DNA of 22,941 nucleotides from Promethearchaeota archaeon. GTDB lineage: Archaea > Asgardarchaeota > Lokiarchaeia > Sigyniarchaeales > SOKP01. The stretch covers positions 1 to 22,941 of the forward strand of contig RDOA01000055.1 in the NCBI GenBank assembly GCA_011364925.1, in the 5' to 3' direction. The notes beneath the pieces were generated by a model, which was given only the letters and a program-made list of their open reading frames with translations, was not told where the DNA came from and ran no database searches. Position 1 is the stretch's first letter. Each line of letters starts with the position of its first letter. Of the stretch, positions 7,147 through 17,944 are shown piece after piece. The position numbers and the translations under genes are program-made.

Positions 7147-8513
7147 ATGAAAAAATAAAAAGTGAAAAGAACATTCAACAGGAGGTTGTATTATTTCCAG
7201 GATGTGTAATTACGCACCGGCTTCCATTTATAGAAGTTTCAATAAGGAATGTTCTGGATCACCTCGAAATCCTCTATAAAGAAAACTCAAAGTTTTCCTG
7301 TTGTCCGGAACCAAATGGTATAAAAAATTCGAATAAGTTCTTGTATTCAATAACGGCCGCTCGTAATCTTGCCCTTGCTGAAAAAGAAAATCAGATTTTA
7401 CTTACCCCGTGTAACGGATGTTTTACAACTCTTAAAAAGGTGGAAGGGGAACTTGAAGAAAATCACGACTTCATGAGGGAGATAAATCGATATTTAGACA
7501 AGATTGACTTAACAATTCAAGGAAAAACTGACGTTTTCCATATGGTTGAGTTTTTTTTTAAATTCAGGAGAGAAGCGATTAGGGATAACCTTAAACATCC
7601 TTTAATCGGATTAAGGATTGCTGTACATCATGGATGCCATTTTCTTAGACCTAGCAATCGAGTCCAAACAGACGATCCTTTAAAACCGACTATATTTGAC
7701 GAATTAATTACGGATTTAGGTGCTGAAAGTATTGATTATTCGCTTAAAATGGAATGTTGTGGGGGGAGTCTTGAAAGAGCTGGGAAGTTCAATTTATCCC
7801 TTGAGATTCTTCACGCTAAATTAGAAAGCATGAAAGAGCAGGAAGTCGATTGTATTGTTGTTAGCTGTCCTCAATGTTTTATTCAATTTGATCACCTTCA
7901 GCAAGAATTGAAAAGGCAAGAATATGAATTTGATATTCCAGTTTTATATTACTCAGAATTATTATGTTTGGCTTTTGGGATCGATATTCGAGATCTAATT
8001 GAAAAATTCCATAGAACCAATGTTGGATCGCTGTTTGAGAAGATTAGAATGATCCAAGAGAAGAATCGCGAAATTAAAAAGTATTTCGATCTAAATTTCT
8101 TGATAAAATGTCATTCATGTGGCGCTTGTGAAACTGATTGTATCCTTGCCAAAATGACAGATTTCAGTCCAAAAGAGATTATAAACAAACTCCTTTGTGG
8201 TGAAATCGACGAAGTAGTTTCAGATCCTTCGATTTGGATGTGTCTTGATTGTTACTTATGCTTTGAACTATGCCCAATGAGAGTCGGGCTTGTCGAAGTA
8301 TTTACAATTTTACGAAATTTAGCGACACAGAAAGGTTTTGTTACAAAAGGATTTGAAGCTGAATTTAATTCATTCCACCAAAATGGAATTATAGGGATGG
8401 TGTCAAAAACCGCTCGAAAAAGAGTTGGTTTGGAATTCCATAAACCCGATGTAGGAGATTTGAAAGAATTATTTAATTTAATAGAAAGAGAAAGTATAAG
8501 AAGAGATTCTTAA
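7147..8513 (+). CDS. hdrB: heterodisulfide reductase HdrB-HdrC fusion protein (start ambiguous, apparent frameshift near the 5' end)
   Basis: The frame extends upstream of the track's TTG 7341 through LFPGCVITHRLPFIE...FSCCPEP. It gives two complete CCG motifs (C-x31-CC-x35-CNGC and C-x39-CC-x35-CPQC), then a C-terminal HdrC-like 2x[4Fe-4S] domain (CHSCGACETDC, WMCLDCYLCFELCP). Confidence 0.85.
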
Positions 8514-8534
8514 AAGTAGAAAGGTAATGATAAA

Positions 8535-9728
8535 ATGAGATGGGAGAATTATACATCTTTACCTGAAACTTTTAGGAATCAGAGAGTCTTCGATGGATGC
8601 GGAATTTCTGGTCTGATTAATATAGATGGGACAAGAATTTCAGGAGATACTGTTATTGACATGCTGTGCATTCTAAAAGAAAGGGAAAATGGGTTGGGTG
8701 CAGGGTATGCGGCATATGGAATCTATCCGGAATACAAGGATTATTTTGCTTTTCATTTTCTTTTTGATAATGAAACTGCTAAGTCAAAAGTTCTTGAATA
8801 TCTTGAAAATTTCGGTAGTGTTATCCAATCTGAACCCATTCCAACAAGTCTTTCTCACGAAATTGACAATCCTCCAATAACTTGGAGAGTATTTTTTAAC
8901 CCCATAAGTGAGAGAAATCAAGATGAAGCGGAAAAAATAGTTCAAATCGTTATGGAAATCAATGAGAATATAGATAATGCTTACGTAATGTCATCAGGAA
9001 AAAATATGGGCGTGTTTAAAGGGAATGGTTGGTCACATGAGATAGCAGATTTCTACAAAATTAGAGAATATAAGGCTTATATGTGGCTAGCACATTCAAG
9101 GTTCCCTACTAATACTCCTGGATGGTGGGGTGGAGCTCATCCATTTAATTTGTTGAATTGTTCTGTAATTCATAATGGTGAAATCACTTCCTATGGCACG
9201 AACAGGAGATATTTAGAGTCATTTGGCTACAAATGTACATTATTTACTGATACTGAAGTTATTGCGTATTTAATTGATTTGTTATGCCGTAGACATAAAT
9301 TTCCAATATCTATTGCAACTATTGCTTTAGCACCACCACTATTTGACGAGATTGAGAAACTTGATAGAAAATCTCAAATAATTATTAAAAATATTAGAGC
9401 GACTTATAGGAGTGCTATGTTAAATGGCCCATTTTCTATAGTTGTAGGGAATTCAGATCCTATACCAACGATGATGGGTTTATCTGACAGGAAAAAATTG
9501 CGTCCATTAGTGGTCGGAATTTCTGAAGATGAAAACACAATTTACATGAGCAGTGAAGAAGCTTCGTTTAATCGCTTAATGCTTATTAACAATAGGCTTG
9601 ATTTAAAAGAAGTATGGCACCCGAAAAGTGGGACTGCTGTTATCGCTAAGCTAGGGAAAGGATTAATCAAAAATGGTATTGAAAATCCTCTAAAAAAAAG
9701 GACAATTGCTCTATTGGAGGTGGCATAA
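8535..9728 (+). CDS. gltB1: glutamate synthase, glutamine amidotransferase (class II, Ntn) subunit, archaeal GltB1
   Basis: Short propeptide followed by CGISG; also ERENGLGAG, AHSRFPTNT, AHPF, HNGEI, TDTE, LNGPFS and DRKKLRP. Confidence 0.92.
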   Translation: MRWENYTSLPETFRNQRVFDGCGISGLINIDGTRISGDTVIDMLCILKERENGLGAGYAAYGIYPEYKDYFAFHFLFDNETAKSKVLEYLENFGSVIQSEPIPTSLSHEIDNPPITWRVFFNPISERNQDEAEKIVQIVMEINENIDNAYVMSSGKNMGVFKGNGWSHEIADFYKIREYKAYMWLAHSRFPTNTPGWWGGAHPFNLLNCSVIHNGEITSYGTNRRYLESFGYKCTLFTDTEVIAYLIDLLCRRHKFPISIATIALAPPLFDEIEKLDRKSQIIIKNIRATYRSAMLNGPFSIVVGNSDPIPTMMGLSDRKKLRPLVVGISEDENTIYMSSEEASFNRLMLINNRLDLKEVWHPKSGTAVIAKLGKGLIKNGIENPLKKRTIALLEVA

Positions 9729-11249
9729 ATGGCAATCGCACATGAAATTATTTCGCACTACAAAGTAAACATAGATCGCGAAGACTGCCAAAAATGCAAA
9801 AGATGCTTGACTAACTGTTCTTTTGGAGTTTTTTCTTTCAATGGAGAACGGATTATTGCTCAGAGCAATAAATGCGTTGCTTGCCAGAGGTGCGTTGTTA
9901 TGTGCCCTGCAAAAGCTATCCATATTTCACAAAGCGAATCGTTTTTACCACCTCATGGGAATTATACGAGAAAAATACGTAATATCATTTGGGCTCAATC
10001 TGGCAACGGAGGAGTCTTACTTTCGGCAACAGGGAACGATAGACCTATTAGATCGATATTTGACGATCTCCTTCTTGATGCTTGTCAAGTGACTAACCCC
10101 AGTATTGACCCTCTCCGGGAAACTATTGAAACTAAGATCTTTTTCGGTCGAAAACCAAAGAAACTTGAATTTATTGTGGAATCTGATGACTTTACAGATG
10201 TATCGCTTAAGACTCAAATTTTCCCCAATTTTGAGATTGATATGCCTATTATGGTTGGTCACATGAGTTTAGGATCGATTAGTTATAACGCGTGTCAAGC
10301 TATATACCGAGCCGCACGAGAATTAAATATTATAGCTGGTTCGGGAGAAGGAGGTTTACATCCCGACTTTTATGAGTTTGCTCCAAATATTATTACTGAA
10401 ATTGCTTCAGGACGATTTGGAGTAGATATTAATTATTTAAACAATGCAGCTGGTTTAGAAATAAAGATTGGTCAAGGTGCAAAACCCGGTCACGGTGGGC
10501 ATTTACCAGGAGAGAAAGTAAATAGTTTAATAGCTCAAACTCGGATGATTCCGGAAGGTAGTGATGCATTATCTCCTTATCCTCATCACGATATCTATTC
10601 AATTGAAGATTTAGCTCAATTAATAGCTGCATTAAAAGAAGCGACTAGATATAAGGTTCCAGTCGGAGTAAAAATAGCAGCAGTCCATAATTCCGCTCCA
10701 ATCGCAGTCGGTATAGTAAGGGGCGGAGCAGATTTTTTAACTCTTGATGGGTTTAGAGGTGGAACTGGTGCTGCACCAAGGATAATAAGAGATCATGCGG
10801 GAATTCCCATTGAGCTAGCTATTGCTGCTGTAGACGAGAGACTTAGGCAAGAAAATTTAAGAGAGGAAGTAACTTTAATTGCTGGAGGCTCAATCCGTTA
10901 TTCTGCTGATTTAGTTAAAGCAATAGCTTTAGGTGCTGATGTTGCAATGTGTAGTTTACCAGTATTAATTGCAATGGGGTGTAGGGTTTGTCAGCAATGC
11001 TTTAGAGGTCTCTGTTCTTGGGGGATTGCCACTCAGCAGGAATATTTAGTTAAAAGATTAGATATAGATATAGCGAAAAAAAGGATTATTAATTTATTTC
11101 ATTCTTGGAATGAAGAGTTAAAAGAAGTTTTAGGAGCGATGGGTATTGATTCAGTAGAGTCGCTTCGTTCAAATAGGGATCGATTAAGATACATCGGTCC
11201 AAACCCGCGAATAGCGGATATTTTAGGAGTAAAACACGCAGGCGAATAA
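9729..11249 (+). CDS. gltB2: glutamate synthase FMN-binding subunit with N-terminal ferredoxin domain, archaeal GltB2
   Basis: Two CxxCxxCxxxC motifs; MSLGSIS, SGEGG, ASGRFG, EIKIGQGAKPGHGGHLPGEKV, HHDIYSIEDL; [3Fe-4S] motif CRVCQQCFRGLC. SD GGAGGTG upstream. Confidence 0.95.
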   Translation: MAIAHEIISHYKVNIDREDCQKCKRCLTNCSFGVFSFNGERIIAQSNKCVACQRCVVMCPAKAIHISQSESFLPPHGNYTRKIRNIIWAQSGNGGVLLSATGNDRPIRSIFDDLLLDACQVTNPSIDPLRETIETKIFFGRKPKKLEFIVESDDFTDVSLKTQIFPNFEIDMPIMVGHMSLGSISYNACQAIYRAARELNIIAGSGEGGLHPDFYEFAPNIITEIASGRFGVDINYLNNAAGLEIKIGQGAKPGHGGHLPGEKVNSLIAQTRMIPEGSDALSPYPHHDIYSIEDLAQLIAALKEATRYKVPVGVKIAAVHNSAPIAVGIVRGGADFLTLDGFRGGTGAAPRIIRDHAGIPIELAIAAVDERLRQENLREEVTLIAGGSIRYSADLVKAIALGADVAMCSLPVLIAMGCRVCQQCFRGLCSWGIATQQEYLVKRLDIDIAKKRIINLFHSWNEELKEVLGAMGIDSVESLRSNRDRLRYIGPNPRIADILGVKHAGE

Positions 11250-11252
11250 ATT

Positions 11253-12086
11253 ATGATTATAAATGAAGTTAAAGAAAAAATTTACGAGATCGGTTTTGAT
11301 GACATAATAGAAATAGACGCAGCTCCAAATGGAGAGCCGATTGATTATCGGGATTTAAATGCTATGATACACGCAAGAACTCTTAAAAATTGCAAAAAAA
11401 TTGTTTTATATAATATTTGTGGACAACGTTTTATAGGCGCTGCGTTACAAGGGGATTTTGAAATTATTATTAACGGTGTTCCTGGAAACGATTTAGGAAT
11501 CTTTATGGATGGACCTAAAATCACTGTTTATGGAAATTGCGAAGATCAAGTAGGGAACACCATGAATCAAGGCTCTATGATAATTAATGGAAACGGTGGC
11601 GATGTGATTGGTTTATCGGCTAGAGGAGGAACAATCTATATTAAGGGTGATGTAGGATACCGAGTTGGGATTCATATGAAAGAATACAAGAATAAATTCC
11701 CAATTATAATTATTGGGGGTACTGCTAAAGATTTTTTAGGTGAATACATGGCAGGCGGAATAATTGTTGTGCTTGGGTTAAAATTCTTACCTGATGGCTC
11801 TATTATTGACATAGACCAATCTATTTGTGGTAATGAGTTAGGAACGGGAATTCATAGAGGCAGTATCTACCTAAGAACTGATGAGAAATTAGAGGATAAA
11901 TTAGGTGTTGGTGCTAAAATTGTGGAATTTGATGGAAAAGGAAAAGAGGAAATCGGGCCATTTCTGTATGAATATTGCGAAACATTCAATATTCCATTCG
12001 ATTTGGTTATTAATAAGCAATTTCAGGTGATAAAACCAATTTCGAAAAGACCTTACGGAGGAACCTACTGTAATAAGATGATATAA
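11253..12086 (+). CDS. gltB3: glutamate synthase GXGXG beta-helix subunit, archaeal GltB3
   Basis: Glycine repeats GQRFIG, GVPGNDLGIFMDG, GDVGYRVGIHM and DFLGEYMAGG. Starts 3 nt after gltB2. Confidence 0.92.
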   Translation: MIINEVKEKIYEIGFDDIIEIDAAPNGEPIDYRDLNAMIHARTLKNCKKIVLYNICGQRFIGAALQGDFEIIINGVPGNDLGIFMDGPKITVYGNCEDQVGNTMNQGSMIINGNGGDVIGLSARGGTIYIKGDVGYRVGIHMKEYKNKFPIIIIGGTAKDFLGEYMAGGIIVVLGLKFLPDGSIIDIDQSICGNELGTGIHRGSIYLRTDEKLEDKLGVGAKIVEFDGKGKEEIGPFLYEYCETFNIPFDLVINKQFQVIKPISKRPYGGTYCNKMI

Positions 12087-12143
12087 TTATGTTTTAATTT
12101 GAATAGGTAAAAATCTGATATAAGAAAAAAAAAGGATAATTAA

Positions 12144-13943
12144 TTATTCTAATGTTTTTTCGAATTCGTTAACGAATTCTTCGATTTGATTTATACCGAG
12201 TTTCCAGAAGTCCGGTTTTGTGATATCTAATCCGACGATGTTAGCTAGTTCCACAGGAGATAAGCTCCCTCCAGCGCTTAACAGTTTTTTAAACTTTGGA
12301 ATAAATTCCTTTCCTTCTTCCTTAAACTTGCGATACAAAGCGAATACAAACAGTTGAGCGTAAACATAAGGATAGTTATAAAAACGGAAATTTGGCATGA
12401 AGTAGTGTGGTTTCATAGTCCATTCCCAGATCATTTCATCAAACCACTCAACAGAATCTCCGTAAATACGATCGCGTCCTGTGCACCAATATTTCGAGAT
12501 TGTTGGCCCGTCTAAATTTTCACCATTTTCAATCGCTTCATAAAGGCTTTGTTCAAAAAACACTCTTCCACTTACCTGAAACGCTGCTTGTCCCGTATCA
12601 TCCAATACATGGGCAAGTATTGCTCTTTTTTCTTCTTTTGTCGCTGCTTTTTTAAGCAAAAGATCAGTTGTTAAAAGTTCACCAAATGTAGAAGCTGTCT
12701 CTGCAACTGTATAGCCAGGATGTTGATTGAAAAAGGTTTGGTTTCTTGAAGCAAGGTAATCGTGAACAGCGTGCCCTAATTCATGCGCAAGAGTGTAGAT
12801 TTCGTTTAAAGCACCAGTGAAGGATAGCAATATAAAAGCTGACTTTCCATTATACCACGATGAACAATATGCCCCATTTCGCTTTCCCTTCCTTACTGCT
12901 GCGTCGATATGGTTTTTTTCGAACATGTCAATCACATAATTTTTGAAATCCTCGTCAACGTTCCCATATGCTTCTAATACGAGTTCTTTTGCCTCATCCC
13001 ACGTTCTCTTTTTCATTGAGGGCGCTTCCAAGGGTGCTCTAACATCGGCGCAAGTTAGTTTATCTAAATTCATTACTTTTGCTTTTAATTTAAGGTATCT
13101 TTGATAAACATCGACATTTTCTTCAACAACTTTCATCAAATTGTCTATAATTTCTTGAGTTGTATCATTGAAAATAAGGCTATGATGCATTGGGCCGTCG
13201 AATTTGCGTCTTTTGGAAATCTTCGTCCAATCTGAGCAAATACATCTAAGAGCTGTAGAAAATACTTCTTGATTCTTACCGAGTAATCCATAAATAGATT
13301 TATTTGTAGAAATTCTCGTATTTCTATCAGGATGAGTTATTAGACTATTTGCCTCCCCGTAAGATAAAACTTGCTCTACTCCCTCAACCATAACATGAAA
13401 TTCTCTCGTATTAAGCCATTTTCCTTGCAATTCACTCCATGCTCTCACTCCAAACTGATCTTTCTCTAAAATAAGTTGTTCTTCAACCTCTGATAATAAA
13501 TGAGGTACATTTCTTTGAATTTTCTCTAGGTAATGTTTGTAGTCTTTTAAGACTGGATCGCTGATAAATTCCTTTTTATCCTTAATTAATTTTCCAATCT
13601 CTAGTTTAAAGAACGCCAAAGTCTTTGAAGTTTCAGTTAGGAAGTCATCAATTTTTTTTTTAAGTGCCTCAGATTCTGGAATTGTCATGTTTGCGTCATA
13701 ATTTAGATGAGCAAAAGTAGTTAACTCGTCTAAATCAGCATCAAATCTTTCTTGCTTTCTGAATAGTTCGTAAAGCTGTTCAGTTGAAAAAGTTGCTATG
13801 TTAATCTTTCCTTTGTATTCGTTCACAAATTCATCAGTTTGTTTTTGAAGCGCATCCATATATTTAGCAATTCTTGGATCATCATGCTTAGTGAAAATCT
13901 CAGATAAGTCCCAAGCTATTTCATTTTCTGTCATAATTATCAA
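12144..13943 (-). CDS. pepF: oligoendopeptidase F (peptidase M3B)
   Basis: N-terminal WDLSEIF, RKGKRNGAYC, zinc motif TLAHELGHAVH, AETAS, PHY...FYNYPY. Confidence 0.93.
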   Translation of the reverse strand: MIIMTENEIAWDLSEIFTKHDDPRIAKYMDALQKQTDEFVNEYKGKINIATFSTEQLYELFRKQERFDADLDELTTFAHLNYDANMTIPESEALKKKIDDFLTETSKTLAFFKLEIGKLIKDKKEFISDPVLKDYKHYLEKIQRNVPHLLSEVEEQLILEKDQFGVRAWSELQGKWLNTREFHVMVEGVEQVLSYGEANSLITHPDRNTRISTNKSIYGLLGKNQEVFSTALRCICSDWTKISKRRKFDGPMHHSLIFNDTTQEIIDNLMKVVEENVDVYQRYLKLKAKVMNLDKLTCADVRAPLEAPSMKKRTWDEAKELVLEAYGNVDEDFKNYVIDMFEKNHIDAAVRKGKRNGAYCSSWYNGKSAFILLSFTGALNEIYTLAHELGHAVHDYLASRNQTFFNQHPGYTVAETASTFGELLTTDLLLKKAATKEEKRAILAHVLDDTGQAAFQVSGRVFFEQSLYEAIENGENLDGPTISKYWCTGRDRIYGDSVEWFDEMIWEWTMKPHYFMPNFRFYNYPYVYAQLFVFALYRKFKEEGKEFIPKFKKLLSAGGSLSPVELANIVGLDITKPDFWKLGINQIEEFVNEFEKTLE

Positions 13944-14023
13944 AATATTAAGTTCTAAGAAATAAAAATCTTATCAAGATATTGGGTTTTCCAGATGTAT
14001 AATTCTAAAACTAGTGTGTTAAG

Positions 14024-15583
14024 CTACTCGTATTCAATCGTGCTTGGAGGTTTATTACTTATATCGTATACGACGCGATTAATCCCCTTGACTTCGTTTA
14101 TGATTCTCGTACCGATTTTTTCCAATAATTCCCAATCTAATTTCGCAAAATTAGCAGTCATTACATCTAACGATTCTACTACTCTTATGGAACAAATATA
14201 TTCGTAAGTGCGAAAATCACCCATGATCCCTACAGTCTTTAGAGGCAAAAACACGCAGAACGCTTGCCAAAGGCTATCGTATATTCCAGCTTTCTTAATC
14301 TCTTCGATTAAGATTTCATCTGCCTCTCTTAAAATGTATAGTTTTTCCTTTTCAATTGGACCTATTATTCTTATAGCTAATCCCGGTCCTGGAAAGGGAT
14401 GTCGCTTGATTATAGAACTGGGTAAACCTAACTCCATTCCAATTTTTCTGACCTCGTCTTTGTACAAATCTTTCAATGGTTCAATAATTTTAAGCATCAT
14501 GTTGTCGGGTAGCGTTAAATTGTGATGAGACTTAATTTTTGCTGAAACATTACTAGTAGCGCTTGTTTCTACACGATCGGGATAAATGGTTCCTTGAGCA
14601 AGATATCTTATATCAGGATGTGTTTTTTCTAATTCTAATGTTTTGTTTTCAAAGACTTCAATAAAGGTATGGCCGATGATCCGTCTTTTTTCTTCTGGGT
14701 CATCTACATTTTTTAATCTTTCTAAAAATAAGTCTTCAGCGTCAACGTAATGGAAATTCTCAAAGTTTAAAACTTTTTGAAATGTTTCTTGCACTTCGAA
14801 TTCTTCGTTTTTCCTTAATACACCGTTATTTACAAAAATACAATGCAAACGATTACCTATAGCTTTTTGGAGGAGTAAAGCCACAACCGAGGAATCTACT
14901 CCACCACTTAGTCCTAAAATAACACGATCTTTCAGTCCTACTTCATTTCGAATCTTTTCAATCGCAGTTTCTATCCAATTTCCGAGCTTCCATTCCTTTT
15001 TAGCGTGAACGATTCTATCAATAAAATTTTCTAAGATCACATCTCCTTTTTTTGTATGAATAACTTCAGGATGAAATTGGACACCGTATAATTTTAAATC
15101 TTCATTAGCATAAGCTGCAATAGGGGAAGTGTCTGTTTTAGCTAAAACTTCAAAACCTGGGGGCATACTTTCAGCTTGATCGCCATGAGACATCCACACG
15201 ATCTCTTCTTTCTCTAACGAATTTAATAATTGTGCAGGCTGGAGAATCTCTAATTTGGTTTTTCCATACTCTTTATTAGAAAATGGTTTAATTTTTCCTC
15301 CTAATTGATGAATTATTAGGTGAAAACCATAACAAATACCTAATACTGGAATTCTTTTATTAGATGTATAAGTGAAGAAATCTTCCGTAAGTTGTGGGCT
15401 ATTTTCTTCGTATACGCTACTTGGTCCACCTGAAAGGATTATTCCAATAGGATTATGCTGTTTTAGCTCATTAATTGAAACATCATTTGGTAAAATCTCT
15501 GAATAAACTCCGTGTTCTCGAATACGTCTCGCAATTAAGTGAGTGTATTGCGAACCCATATCTAAAATGCAAATTTTATCCAT
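14024..15583 (-). CDS. guaA: GMP synthase (glutamine-hydrolysing), fused GATase + ATPPase
   Basis: ILDMGSQYTHLIARRIRE, GICYG, VQFHPEV, SGGVDSSV, IKSHHN, HPFPGPGLAIR, C-terminal KPPSTIEYE. ATG 15583 (MDKICILD) is preferred over the track's start at 15649. Confidence 0.97.
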   Translation of the reverse strand: MDKICILDMGSQYTHLIARRIREHGVYSEILPNDVSINELKQHNPIGIILSGGPSSVYEENSPQLTEDFFTYTSNKRIPVLGICYGFHLIIHQLGGKIKPFSNKEYGKTKLEILQPAQLLNSLEKEEIVWMSHGDQAESMPPGFEVLAKTDTSPIAAYANEDLKLYGVQFHPEVIHTKKGDVILENFIDRIVHAKKEWKLGNWIETAIEKIRNEVGLKDRVILGLSGGVDSSVVALLLQKAIGNRLHCIFVNNGVLRKNEEFEVQETFQKVLNFENFHYVDAEDLFLERLKNVDDPEEKRRIIGHTFIEVFENKTLELEKTHPDIRYLAQGTIYPDRVETSATSNVSAKIKSHHNLTLPDNMMLKIIEPLKDLYKDEVRKIGMELGLPSSIIKRHPFPGPGLAIRIIGPIEKEKLYILREADEILIEEIKKAGIYDSLWQAFCVFLPLKTVGIMGDFRTYEYICSIRVVESLDVMTANFAKLDWELLEKIGTRIINEVKGINRVVYDISNKPPSTIEYE

Positions 15584-15665
15584 AAGGCATTTACTCTTAT
15601 TTTCTATTTTAAGAAATATTTGGTTTGAATTTGTAATGAATTTTCTCAATATAAAATATATATTA

Positions 15666-16556
15666 TCATAATTTTTTCCAACGATTTGTCAATAGTCTTT
15701 CTCTAATCTTCAATATAATCATAACTATCATTAAAGGTATTCCGAGATAACCAACAATCATCATAATTGTAATAATCAAACGATAAAGGCGATTGGAAGG
15801 ATAATAATACATGACATACACATTATCTATCATAATTCTCTCATTTACCCATTCCCAAGTATAGCTTCTACCATTTGAAAAATTCGAAATCGTACAAGTA
15901 TAATTAAATATTTCAGGAATGCTTTTTGAATATGAATCAGGAAGCTTTCCATATGTTTTGAATTCAACGCGTTCAGAGGTTGACCCATTCCACGCACGAG
16001 AAGTACCTACATCATAGAGGATAGCTAATTGATCATCATTGAGATCTGGAATCACTTTTCCTTCAAACATGTATTCTAGTCTAAGAGAAGAATTTTCAGG
16101 GAAAGTTACATTAGCTAAAATAAAGTTTCGTAAATTTGTAATTGCCAAATTTTTTGAATCTAAATATTCCGCCCAAGGATCTGACCAATGATACTGATAA
16201 ACGGTAAATTCTATAGGATTATCGTCTACTTTAAGACTGCAAGATGACTCCCAATTTTTAAAATCCGATGAGAAAGGAGCAGCAAGAGTAATATTCTGGG
16301 AAGAATTAGGATTATATATAGTATAGTTTCCCTTAAAGCTCAAATCTATTTGATCGTAGGATTCTTGATAACTTATATCAAAAAGAATGTTTGCGTTGGT
16401 CATCATTAGAGAACAATCTTCCGCAGGGAAAAAATCGCCTGTTCCAGTATATTCTACTGCTGCTATATCAGCAAGAGAATAAGGAACAATCATTATAGAA
16501 GACATGAATAATACTAAAGAAACTATGAAAAAACATTTTCTATTAAATATCCGCAA
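15666..16556 (-). CDS. exported, C-terminally membrane-anchored protein (DUF4424-like by eye)
   Basis: Signal peptide ending SLA-D, a beta-rich body with several N-x-S/T sequons, YDVGTSRAWNG, a C-terminal TM helix and a basic tail. Confidence 0.65.
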   Translation of the reverse strand: MRIFNRKCFFIVSLVLFMSSIMIVPYSLADIAAVEYTGTGDFFPAEDCSLMMTNANILFDISYQESYDQIDLSFKGNYTIYNPNSSQNITLAAPFSSDFKNWESSCSLKVDDNPIEFTVYQYHWSDPWAEYLDSKNLAITNLRNFILANVTFPENSSLRLEYMFEGKVIPDLNDDQLAILYDVGTSRAWNGSTSERVEFKTYGKLPDSYSKSIPEIFNYTCTISNFSNGRSYTWEWVNERIMIDNVYVMYYYPSNRLYRLIITIMMIVGYLGIPLMIVMIILKIRERLLTNRWKKL

Positions 16557-16693
16557 TTATAGCCCTCTTGCTGTGGTTAATTAATGTAAAAAGAAGACAT
16601 TAAAATTTAAATAATTTTTTGGTCCTTTATTGAAAATAAAGGATATATAAATAAAAGTAAGAAATAAATTAGATTTAGGTAAATTTTAAATTT

Positions 16694-17944
16694 TTACAAC
16701 CATCCTCTAAGTTTCATAGCGTTGACAACTCTTTCTACAGAGATACTATACGCACCCATTCGGTTATAGGTATTATAACGCTTCGCGTGATCAACTGTAG
16801 ATCGATACGCGTTAGTCATAACTCTGTCTAACGCTTCAAACACTTCTTTCTCAGTCCAGAAATAACTATAATAACCTTGGACCATCTCAAAATAAGAAAC
16901 TGTCACTCCACCTGCATTGCAGAGGAAATCGGGGATGACAAGGACTCCTTTATCAAATAAGACTTTGTCCGCATCTGGAGTGGTAGGACCATTGGCTTGC
17001 TCTGCTAAAATTTTACATTTAACATTATTGACATTTTTAGCGGTTATCACATTCTCTAATGCCGCAGGAATTAGAATGTCCACATCTAATTCTAATAATT
17101 CCTCGTTTGTTATTGGTTGAGTTCCTTCTAAACCAACAACTGATCTCGTTTTTTCTTTATGTTGACCTGCATCGAATGAATTAATACCATCTTTATTGAA
17201 AATACCTCCCTTAGAATCTGACACTGCAATAATTTTACAATTAAAATCATTTTGTAAAAGCTTTGCCGACCAAGATCCTGCGTTTCCATAGCCTTGGACT
17301 GCCACTGTTGCGCCGTTCAAATTTAGTCCGATATCCTTTGCTGCTTCTCTTATTGTAAATACTCCTCCCTTAGCGGTTGAGATAGATCTTCCTGCACTCC
17401 CCCCTATTGGTAGAGGCTTACCCGTAATTACAGATGGAGCATGTTTACGTACAATTGTTTCGTACTCGTCCATCATCCAAGCCATTATTTGAGGAGTAGT
17501 ATAAACATCTGGTGCTGGTACGTCTACATTAGGCCCTATAAAATCTGCAAGTTTTCGTATAAACGCTCTCGCAAGAGTTTCAAGTTCCCTATTACTCATT
17601 CCTTTAGGATTGCAGATAATACCCCCTTTAGCCCCTCCAAGAGGGATATCTACAACCGCTGTCTTCCAAGTCATCCATGCGCTTAAGGCTTTCACAAGAG
17701 AAGCACTTTCTTCGGGATGCCATCGAATTCCACCTTTCATTGGGCCTCGAGCAGAATTGTATTGAGACCTAAAACCACGGAATGTCTTTAACGAGCCATC
17801 ATCCATTTTCATGGTAATTTTAACTTCGATGAATCTTTCTGGTACACTTAATGCATCATATATCTCCTTACCATACCCTAATATCTCGCAAGCATCAGAT
17901 AGTTGTTCTTGAGAGATCTTAAATGGATCCAAATTTTCACTCAT
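16694..17944 (-). CDS. gdhA: glutamate dehydrogenase, paralogue 1
   Basis: [61 protein letters not shown]. Confidence 0.95.
   Translation of the reverse strand: MSENLDPFKISQEQLSDACEILGYGKEIYDALSVPERFIEVKITMKMDDGSLKTFRGFRSQYNSARGPMKGGIRWHPEESASLVKALSAWMTWKTAVVDIPLGGAKGGIICNPKGMSNRELETLARAFIRKLADFIGPNVDVPAPDVYTTPQIMAWMMDEYETIVRKHAPSVITGKPLPIGGSAGRSISTAKGGVFTIREAAKDIGLNLNGATVAVQGYGNAGSWSAKLLQNDFNCKIIAVSDSKGGIFNKDGINSFDAGQHKEKTRSVVGLEGTQPITNEELLELDVDILIPAALENVITAKNVNNVKCKILAEQANGPTTPDADKVLFDKGVLVIPDFLCNAGGVTVSYFEMVQGYYSYFWTEKEVFEALDRVMTNAYRSTVDHAKRYNTYNRMGAYSISVERVVNAMKLRGWL

Noticed and set aside
14024-15583. single-chain guaA as an anomaly
   Set aside because: Some archaea split GMP synthase into two genes, but the fused form is widespread and not remarkable by itself.
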